Shown here: positions 16,297 through 23,022 of the stretch, piece after piece
How positions within the stretch are numbered: position 1 is the stretch's first letter
Layout of the letters: each line of letters begins with the position of its first letter
Source of the DNA: Candidatus Thorarchaeota archaeon
GTDB taxonomy: Archaea > Asgardarchaeota > Thorarchaeia > Thorarchaeales > Thorarchaeaceae
Reading direction: 5' to 3'
Length of the DNA stretch: 23,022 bases
NCBI GenBank assembly: GCA_016839445.1
Contig: JAEOUG010000156.1
Span: forward strand, 1-23,022
Notes under the pieces: generated by a model
What the model saw: only the letters and a program-made list of their open reading frames with translations
Database searches by the model: none
What the model was told of the DNA's origin: nothing
Program-made: the position numbers and the translations under genes

Positions 16297-19254
16297 TTGA
16301 GCCTGTTGAAGACAAAGATAGGAACCCTATTCCTGCTCGCGCTGTTCATCACAAGCGCGTTGGCATCTGTTACCCCTATCTCACAAGTAGATGACACGGA
16401 GAGCTTGGCTCAGAGCATAGACGTAGGATCGCTCGTGGCAGAGTCCTCCCTAGATTTCGCCATACCTCATGTTGACGCACACTACGGCTTCTCTGACGGT
16501 ATCATCGATCCGATGGAGTACGCTCACAGTTTCACCGACGAGCAGACTGGAATCACGGCATATGCAGAGCACAATGGAACTCATCTGTATCTGGGGCTTT
16601 CGGCGCCAATCGATGGCTGGATTGGGATTGCCTGGCAGAACTACACAGGGACGTTCACGTCAGCAGGCCTGAACAACAGCGATGTTCTCGTTGGCTATGT
16701 ACCAGGGTCACCAAATGGCAACTACTGGAGGGTCAGACCAACAGATGCTGTGACTGTGCACTACAAGCTCTACCTGCGAAACGGCACTCTGTTTCAGGAG
16801 AGCGACTATCCTGACATCTCGTCAACAGTGGCAGTTGAAGACCTCGGCGTGCTCCCCATGTACAGGGACATGATTCTGGGTATGCGTATTGGCGAGGTGC
16901 GTCACTTCGTGATTCCTGCCGCCCAAGGTTATACCGAAAGAACTGACACTCTCTACGGGGAGGACCTAGTCTACGAGATCAAGTTGACAAGGATCCTCCG
17001 ACAGAGTGTGCAGAGAACGGCCAATCCTGCAGATGGAACATACATCACTTACAGCGACGAACATGGAACAAGCACATTCCAGCACTTGGCCGATGCAGAC
17101 CAGTCAAGGATTGTTGCAGCAGATGGCACTGACAATGGCACACTCATGCAGATTGAATACGAGATTCTCCTGAATTCCACGGATGCCGACGACATTCCTC
17201 TCTTCAACAGCAGTCTAGTGTCATTCCCATTCATATTCATGATGGGGTTGACAGATGAGCTAAATGCCGTACCCCTTGCTCACACCTATTGGGCGGCACC
17301 TGTTGAGGTATCACTCGTACCTAACGCGCCTCCTCTTCTCACCGTTGTAAGTCCCGAGGCGGGATCCACTGTCGAATGGGTGATGAAGCTAGCACTGAAT
17401 GCTAGTGATGACTACATCAGGGAAGCGTCCTATAGGATTGATAGTGGAGACTGGGCATCTCTGCGTTACGACTTCGTGACAACCTACTGGCAGGCGAATG
17501 TAGACTCCGCTGAGTATGACGAGGGTCTCCATACAATCTGGTTCAACGCCACTGACTCGTCAAACGTGACCTCAGTGACCTATGTGAACATCACCGTTTA
17601 CAGACCCTTCCTTCCTCTGCTTGGAATGCGACTAGATGTTGTCCGAGCCCTCACTCCCACAGAGCACTTCGGAACGGAGATCCAGGATGCATTCATTGTC
17701 ACTAACAATGGGTCCGCTCCCATTGGGTCGATTGATATCTACCTCCCGATAGAGTGGGCCAAGAACTTCCTCTCGCTTGAACCATCGGGTGATTCTGAGA
17801 TTCGGATCGTACGCCTTGAGGATGCTGACGGCATGATGCGGTGGAGAGTGTACTTCCCCGAGCCAGTCGGCTTCCGAGAGTCCTACACATTCGAAACTAC
17901 AACCTACATGCACTCCCTGTTCTGGCTGACCGACGAGGAGTCATTCGAGTACCGTATTGAGTACATCAAGTATCCCGTCGTACCCTATGTCCTGAGGAAG
18001 GCAGTATTCGCCTTTGACGAAGACAAACTGGTTCCCTTGGAGGAATCTCCTTCCTCGACTGAGTACAACCTCAACCCGTTGACCATGACCGACTTCAGCG
18101 TACGCCTGAGGCTCTTCACAAAGAACGTTGTGGCGGATCGCGAAACGAGAATAGTCCTGGATGCGTGGGGGTGGCTCGGTTACACAGAGAAGGTTACGTT
18201 GGACAACACAGGCGGCGGCTCTCTCATGAGCTTCAAGTTCACGATACCTGCTTATGCCACCGCCGTGAAGATCTATGATGAGGTGGGTATTCTTGCCCTC
18301 TCCCTGCGAAGTCTGAGCGGCACCTGGAATGAGTCTAGGCAGATTACTGTGTCCCTGTCCGGCGACAGGTTTGGGACCAACGGATTCGAGCCAGGCTTCA
18401 AGTACACGTTCTGGATCACTTATGTTGTCTTGGCCAGTCAGCACCAGACTCCAGCACCCGGTGGGGCAGAACTGACTCCACCCATGGGTCTTCTCGGAGA
18501 CATCTTGGTACGGACCCACACAGTGGATGTTGTGCTGACTGCGACGGTTGGTCTGTCGAGTTCAAGCCCCGGGTATAGGATGTTCTACGGGGTATTTGAT
18601 AGGACATTGAGATACACTGCATACAACTCAACTCTCCGAAATCCCATGGAGATCAACGTAGTCTACACGACGACCATTGGTGCTGCAGCTCGGCCTGCAA
18701 TCTTCACCCTCATTATTGGGGTCATCGCTTTGGCATATGTTGCCTATCGGAAGGTGGATCTACCTGAAGAGATGACTGGTCCTTCTGGTGAGGGTTTCGA
18801 TACGACGCAGGTGAGGCAGACTGGCGCTCCTCCCGAGCTCCTGCGAGACTTTGCCCAAGTCTACTCCCGAAAGACAGCTTTGAACATGGACCTGGAGAAG
18901 CTTGAGGCAGCACGGCGAAGAGGGAAGGTCACAAAGAGGGAGTACATGCTTCGCGAGAAGGATCTCAAAGAGCAGTTGGATGAGATTGATTCCAAGCTCC
19001 CGGGTCTCAAGACCGAGATGATCAAGAACGGGCCTAGGTACCGAGACATTGTTGCCCAACTTGAGCTCCAGGATGAGCGTATCGAGGGTGCGAAAGCTGG
19101 TCTTCGCCAACTTCTCCTCCGGAAGAAGAAACAGCGTATCAGCAGGGTTGCCTTCGAGAAATCAAGGCAGGACTATCTCAAGACCATTCAGAAGGCAACA
19201 AGTGCAACTGACAGGATTCTTCTGTCAGTCCAAGAAGAAGCAGGGGACATCTAG
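16297..19254 (+). CDS. Ribophorin I (OST1)-like type I membrane protein with N-terminal DOMON-like domain, inserted FKBP domain and Ig-like domain
   Basis: Signal peptide aa 1-23; DOMON-like aa ~66-136 and ~248-341; FKBP aa ~146-233; Ig-like aa ~343-435; ribophorin-I-like aa ~445-795 (RIVLDAWGWLGYTEKVTLDNTG, TIPAYATAVKIYDEVG, PGFKYTFWITY); TM aa 801-817; helical cytoplasmic tail. TTG start with GGTGA SD. Confidence 0.78.
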   Translation: MSLLKTKIGTLFLLALFITSALASVTPISQVDDTESLAQSIDVGSLVAESSLDFAIPHVDAHYGFSDGIIDPMEYAHSFTDEQTGITAYAEHNGTHLYLGLSAPIDGWIGIAWQNYTGTFTSAGLNNSDVLVGYVPGSPNGNYWRVRPTDAVTVHYKLYLRNGTLFQESDYPDISSTVAVEDLGVLPMYRDMILGMRIGEVRHFVIPAAQGYTERTDTLYGEDLVYEIKLTRILRQSVQRTANPADGTYITYSDEHGTSTFQHLADADQSRIVAADGTDNGTLMQIEYEILLNSTDADDIPLFNSSLVSFPFIFMMGLTDELNAVPLAHTYWAAPVEVSLVPNAPPLLTVVSPEAGSTVEWVMKLALNASDDYIREASYRIDSGDWASLRYDFVTTYWQANVDSAEYDEGLHTIWFNATDSSNVTSVTYVNITVYRPFLPLLGMRLDVVRALTPTEHFGTEIQDAFIVTNNGSAPIGSIDIYLPIEWAKNFLSLEPSGDSEIRIVRLEDADGMMRWRVYFPEPVGFRESYTFETTTYMHSLFWLTDEESFEYRIEYIKYPVVPYVLRKAVFAFDEDKLVPLEESPSSTEYNLNPLTMTDFSVRLRLFTKNVVADRETRIVLDAWGWLGYTEKVTLDNTGGGSLMSFKFTIPAYATAVKIYDEVGILALSLRSLSGTWNESRQITVSLSGDRFGTNGFEPGFKYTFWITYVVLASQHQTPAPGGAELTPPMGLLGDILVRTHTVDVVLTATVGLSSSSPGYRMFYGVFDRTLRYTAYNSTLRNPMEINVVYTTTIGAAARPAIFTLIIGVIALAYVAYRKVDLPEEMTGPSGEGFDTTQVRQTGAPPELLRDFAQVYSRKTALNMDLEKLEAARRRGKVTKREYMLREKDLKEQLDEIDSKLPGLKTEMIKNGPRYRDIVAQLELQDERIEGAKAGLRQLLLRKKKQRISRVAFEKSRQDYLKTIQKATSATDRILLSVQEEAGDI

Positions 19255-19356
19255 AGCAAGACAACCCTGCCCTTCTTGCCTTCGCCTCCAAATGCCAACT
19301 CAGCAACTCTTATCAAAGGACACGCGCACCCACTATGCCCTTTTGGGGGTACTGCA

Positions 19357-20208
19357 ATGAATACAACAGAATCCTACGACCGTCAGTCCATTCGAGCGAG
19401 AGAGTTCATTGAGCCAGAGTCTCGTGCCTTAGAGATGTATCAGTACCTCACTGGCTCTCCCAAGGTTCAGTCATACCTCCGCACCGCAAACAGAATGGCA
19501 GTGTCGCGACTCGGATACACAGACCATGGACCTGTCCACGCAGAGGTTGCGACATGGAATGCTCTGAAAGCATTTGACATACTAACCCAGACGTTCAATC
19601 CCAATGTCGTCGCTGAGGGAGTTGGCAATCTAGATGATGCCAAGCTTGTTGTGTTGGCTGCGACGTACCTTCATGATATTGGAATGGTCGTCCATCGAAA
19701 CGAGCACTATCAGGCAGCGATTCAGCTAGCTGCTCCTATCTTGGAATCGAAGCTCGAAGACATGTACGAAGACCCCGCAAAAGCCACAGATATCCTGTCT
19801 TTCATACTGCACGGCATCTACGCCCATGATGATGATACACAATGCCTGACGCTCGAGTCTGGAATCACGAAGATTGGTGATGGGTGTGACATGACGAAGG
19901 GTAGGACAATAGTACCGTTCCAGCAGGGCAAGGTGGACATCCACTCAGTCAGTGCTCTAGCAATCAACGAGGTCCATCTAGAAAAGGCCAAGACCAAGCC
20001 ACTTCGCATTACCGTGGCGATGGACAATCCAGCTGGCGTCTTCCAGGTTGAGGCTGTACTGGAGAAGAAGATCTCCACTTCGGGTCTGCGTGATCACGTC
20101 GACATCGATGTTCTCGTCAACGGCGACAGGCTTGTTCTCTCTCATGTGAAGCGGCTCTTCAGAGTCCAGATGAGCGAGTCCCCAGAGTCACTGAGTATGA
20201 AGGACTAG
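19357..20208 (+). CDS. HD-superfamily metal-dependent phosphohydrolase (COG3294-like)
   Basis: GYTDHGPVH, YLHDIG, IYAHD, DGCDMTKGR, DIHSVSALAI; ATG 19357 with GGGGGT SD. Confidence 0.88.
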   Translation: MNTTESYDRQSIRAREFIEPESRALEMYQYLTGSPKVQSYLRTANRMAVSRLGYTDHGPVHAEVATWNALKAFDILTQTFNPNVVAEGVGNLDDAKLVVLAATYLHDIGMVVHRNEHYQAAIQLAAPILESKLEDMYEDPAKATDILSFILHGIYAHDDDTQCLTLESGITKIGDGCDMTKGRTIVPFQQGKVDIHSVSALAINEVHLEKAKTKPLRITVAMDNPAGVFQVEAVLEKKISTSGLRDHVDIDVLVNGDRLVLSHVKRLFRVQMSESPESLSMKD

Positions 20209-20219
20209 CTCAAGTGGAA

Positions 20220-20324
20220 TGGTAGCCCCGCCAGGACTCGAACCTGGGTCTGAGAGGCCAAAACCCTCAATGCTTGACCGGTCTGCGCGAGGCTCATGTG
20301 GGCCTCGCTCTACACCACGGGGCT
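20220..20324 (-). tRNA. tRNA-Gln(UUG) with encoded CCA and a 29-nt D-loop intron
   Basis: Spliced 76-mer AGCCCCG TG GTGTAG^CGGTCAAGCAT T GAGGG TT-TTG-GC CTCTC AGAC CCAGG TTCGAGT CCTGG CGGGGCT A CCA. All four stems form, and the A1-U72 pair is typical of archaeal tRNA-Gln. Confidence 0.92.
20281..20309 (-). other. Non-canonical tRNA intron between positions 15 and 16
   Basis: AGCGAGGCCCACATGAGCCTCGCGCAGAC with a 7-bp stem GCGAGGC/GCCTCGC. Three-nt bulges AG^A and AC^C flank the helix GTGT/GCAG, giving a relaxed BHB. Confidence 0.82.
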
Positions 20325-20333
20325 GTTGCTCTG

Positions 20334-20648
20334 CTACTGAGATAGACCAAATGGAACTCCCTTTTCGATTATGTCCTGACTGATTCTCTCCTTCCACCGC
20401 TCAAGGAAAGCGGTTTCCTCTCTTCGCTGCTTGGCCTCCATTCGAAGGTCATCGGGAAGCATGCACGCGATACCATCAATGACAGGATACCATCTTCCAC
20501 ACTTCGGGCAGGTGATGAGTGCCTCATCAATCTCCTCCACCTCTCCATCTTTGGCATCAATCATATGGGCGTCAAAGATCTCAAGATGTAGCTTGCTCCG
20601 ACAGTCACTGGCAGGGCAAGCCAAGATGTCCATCAGCCAGGCCTTCAT
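20334..20648 (-). CDS. trm112: Trm112 family methyltransferase activator
   Basis: MKAWLMDILACP..C...LITCPKCGRWYPVIDGIACMLPDDLR; ATG 20648; upstream TTTTTAA at 20690-20696 on the minus strand. Confidence 0.92.
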   Translation of the reverse strand: MKAWLMDILACPASDCRSKLHLEIFDAHMIDAKDGEVEEIDEALITCPKCGRWYPVIDGIACMLPDDLRMEAKQRREETAFLERWKERISQDIIEKGVPFGLSQ

Positions 20649-20774
20649 CTTCTGATTCCACCGGTCTCTGCTGGCTTCGCGAGATGTTGTTAAAAAGTAT
20701 TCTAGACGATGCACCTTTCCGAAACCTATTTTGCCGACGGGCATGCGAGAAGGCCAAGTCCGGAGTGGTTAGCC

Positions 20775-22169
20775 GTGTCATTCAGACATCCGTGGATTCC
20801 CACTGACAAAGAGACCGAGAAGGCCATGTTAGAGGCCATCGGCAAGAAGAATATCGACGACCTCTTCTCTGACATCCCAGAGGAGTTTCGCCTACAAGAG
20901 GACCTGCATCTTCCTGACGCACATACCGAATTCGAGGTCACACAGAGGATTCTGGAGCTGGCGGGCAAGAACAAGCCCGCTAATGATGGGCGCATCTTTC
21001 TAGGCTCGGGAGCAGGCCTTCACTATATCCCCTCAGCTGTGCCAGCCCTAGCTGGCCGGTCGGAATTTGTCACATCATATACAAGTTACCAAGCAGAAGT
21101 TAGCCAAGGGATGCTCCAGACTCTCTTCGAATATCAGAGTCTTCTGGCTGAGCTTCTTCTGGTCGATGTTGTGAACTCCTCTATGTATGACATGGCCACG
21201 GGAGTCGCTGAGGCAGCGCGGATGGCTGTCCGGGTGAAGAAGAAGAAGGACAAGTTCCTTGTTCCAGGCACAATCGACCCTGAGCATTACAGCGTCATTC
21301 ACACCTATACCGAACCCGCAGACATCACAGTTGAGCGAGTGAGCTATCATCCTGAAACGGGGTTGATGGATCTTGATGACTTGGAAGGAAAGATGGACGG
21401 CGTCGCCGGTGTCTACATAGAGAACCCTAGTCACCTAGGCTTCATCGAATCCCAGGTCGAGGAAATCGGCAAAATCGCACACAGCAATGACGCATTACTT
21501 GTAGCTGGAGTTGACGTTCTCTCTCTTGGAGTCATTAGACCACCCGGAGACTATGAGGCCGACATTGTAGTTGCAGAGGGGCAGCACCTAGGCTCGCCAG
21601 TCAGCTATGGGGGACCATTGCTCGGAGTGTTTGGCTGCAGAAACGACCGCAAGCTCATCTATCAGCTTCCGGGTCGGTTGGTTGGGATGACTAGGACTCA
21701 GCAGGAGCCCTTTGAGACTGGCTATGTCCTTACACTCAGCCCCCGGGAGCAGCATATCCGTCGTGAGAAGGCGACGAGCAACATCTGCTCAAACCAGGCT
21801 CTGGCGGCAGTGACTGCAGCTGTCTATATGTCGCTACTAGGACCAGCTGGCATTCGGCAGCTTGGCGAAACAATCGCACTGAACTCGAATTATGTTGCTG
21901 CCCGGCTAAACGAGATAGAAGGAGTCCGCGCTCCTGCAATTGGCACATCGATTTGGAAGGAGTTCGTTGTTCAGTTCGAGAGCATGTCCGCCAAGGATGT
22001 TCACTTGGCACTCCTTCGTCGGGGTCTGCACGGGGGCAAGATTCTCACGAACGATTTTCCCGGCCTCGGAGAATCAATGCTGTTTAGTGTCACCGAGATC
22101 CACACGAAGCGGAACATGGACCAACTGGTCGAAGCAGTCAGAGATGTGGTAGAGGGAGGTGCCCGATAA
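20775..22169 (+). CDS. gcvPA: Glycine dehydrogenase (decarboxylating) subunit 1
   Basis: HPWIP...MLEAIG, EFVTSYTSYQAEVSQGMLQTLFEYQS, YGGPLLG, REQHIRREKATSNICSNQAL; GTG 20775 preferred. Confidence 0.96.
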   Translation: MSFRHPWIPTDKETEKAMLEAIGKKNIDDLFSDIPEEFRLQEDLHLPDAHTEFEVTQRILELAGKNKPANDGRIFLGSGAGLHYIPSAVPALAGRSEFVTSYTSYQAEVSQGMLQTLFEYQSLLAELLLVDVVNSSMYDMATGVAEAARMAVRVKKKKDKFLVPGTIDPEHYSVIHTYTEPADITVERVSYHPETGLMDLDDLEGKMDGVAGVYIENPSHLGFIESQVEEIGKIAHSNDALLVAGVDVLSLGVIRPPGDYEADIVVAEGQHLGSPVSYGGPLLGVFGCRNDRKLIYQLPGRLVGMTRTQQEPFETGYVLTLSPREQHIRREKATSNICSNQALAAVTAAVYMSLLGPAGIRQLGETIALNSNYVAARLNEIEGVRAPAIGTSIWKEFVVQFESMSAKDVHLALLRRGLHGGKILTNDFPGLGESMLFSVTEIHTKRNMDQLVEAVRDVVEGGAR

Positions 22170-23022
22170 TGGGTCAGAAGGAGCCAGATTCAAGGCAGGC
22201 GAAATGGAATGAACCCTTGCTCTTTGAGAGAAGCACTCCCGGCGCGCTAGGACATGTGTTCCCCAAGCCGGATCCTCAAGTGAGCAAGTCCGTACGTGAT
22301 GTATCGAAGCTGATACCAGAAGGGATGCTAAGGAAGGACCCTCCTTCGCTTCCGGAGGTTCCTGAGTCTGGTATTGTCCGCCACTTCACTAGGCTGTCAC
22401 AGATGACCTTCGCGCAGAGTGTGGGTACATATCCTCTAGGCAGTTGCACAATGAAGTACAACCCTGTTGAGAACAACTGGGCTGCATCGTTGCCTGGCTT
22501 TGCTTGGCTTCATCCTCTCCAAGACACCTCTACAACTCAAGGTGCCCTTGAATTGATGTGGGAACTAGAGAGATGGCTTGCGGAAATCACAGGTATGGCA
22601 GCGATAAGCCTGCAGCCTGCGGCAGGGGCTCAGGGAGAGTGGACTGGTGTCATGATGATGCGTGAATACCATCGATGCATCACCCAGGAGTGCGAGCAGA
22701 GGAACGAGATGATCATCCCGGATGCTGCACATGGTACTAACCCGGCTTCCGCTGCAATGGCAGGATACAAAGTCGTTGTACTTCCATCCAGCCGCGAGGG
22801 TCTTGTCGACATAGAGGCCCTCAAGTCTGTTGCGGGGTCGAGTACCGCTGGCCTTATGCTCACCAATCCCAACACTATTGGGGTATTTGAGAAGGACATC
22901 AAGGAACTGGCAGGAATAGTCCACGACGCTGGCGGTCTCCTGTACTATGATGGTGCAAACTTCAATGCAATCATGGGAAAGGTTCGACCTGGCGACATGG
23001 GATTCGATGTTGTGCACCTGAA
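22169..23022 (+). CDS. gcvPB: Glycine dehydrogenase (decarboxylating) subunit 2, 3'-partial
   Basis: Own translation, absent from the ORF track. TAATG overlap with gcvPA; EPLLFERS, RHFTRLSQ, YPLGSCTMKYNP, QPAAGAQGE, AHGTNPASAAMAG, MLTNPNTIG, YYDGANFNA. Confidence 0.96.
   Translation, partial: MGQKEPDSRQAKWNEPLLFERSTPGALGHVFPKPDPQVSKSVRDVSKLIPEGMLRKDPPSLPEVPESGIVRHFTRLSQMTFAQSVGTYPLGSCTMKYNPVENNWAASLPGFAWLHPLQDTSTTQGALELMWELERWLAEITGMAAISLQPAAGAQGEWTGVMMMREYHRCITQECEQRNEMIIPDAAHGTNPASAAMAGYKVVVLPSSREGLVDIEALKSVAGSSTAGLMLTNPNTIGVFEKDIKELAGIVHDAGGLLYYDGANFNAIMGKVRPGDMGFDVVHL

Noticed and set aside
20209-20333. tRNA as an integration site for a mobile element
   Set aside because: I found no duplicated tRNA end, integrase or compositional shift, and both flanks are housekeeping-type genes.
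14-23017. Numerous 60-190 aa antisense or alternate-frame ORFs (e.g. 5306-5749, 15602-16012, 17941-18519, 22565-23017)
   Set aside because: They are shadows of well-supported genes and have no recognisable motifs.
1-23022. CRISPR arrays, tandem repeats, IS elements, inteins
   Set aside because: None seen. Intergenic gaps are all under 200 bp, and Cdc48, Fen1 and Top6 have normal lengths.

Overview
Gene-dense archaeal chromosomal window, about 26 CDS plus one tRNA, with no CRISPR array, rRNA or mobile element seen. A ribophorin-I-like gene suggests an Asgard archaeon, possibly Thorarchaeia (inference). Gene order: membrane-anchored hexapeptide acyltransferase (partial, missing from the ORF track) <> GT-C/GT87-like glycosyltransferase >< ribL, wHTH, cdc48, aEF1-beta, Zn-ribbon <> fen1, RPA32-like, aIF2-beta, DUF424 >< NifX-like, DUF134 <> nmd3, aIF1A, rio1, KH/Dim2, top6B, top6A >< aglH/DPAGT1 <> 985-aa ribophorin-I-like fusion, HD protein >< tRNA-Gln(UUG), trm112 <> gcvPA, gcvPB (partial). 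The most notable features are: (1) a ribophorin I (OST1)-like membrane protein whose N-terminus carries a DOMON-like domain split by an inserted FKBP prolyl isomerase plus an Ig-like domain, head-to-head with the gene for the first enzyme of N-glycan assembly; (2) a tRNA-Gln with a 29-nt non-canonical D-loop intron (15/16), lying 9 nt behind trm112; (3) recurrent 5'-leader hairpins, one with K-loop geometry. Family assignments come from motif recognition by eye, not database searches.
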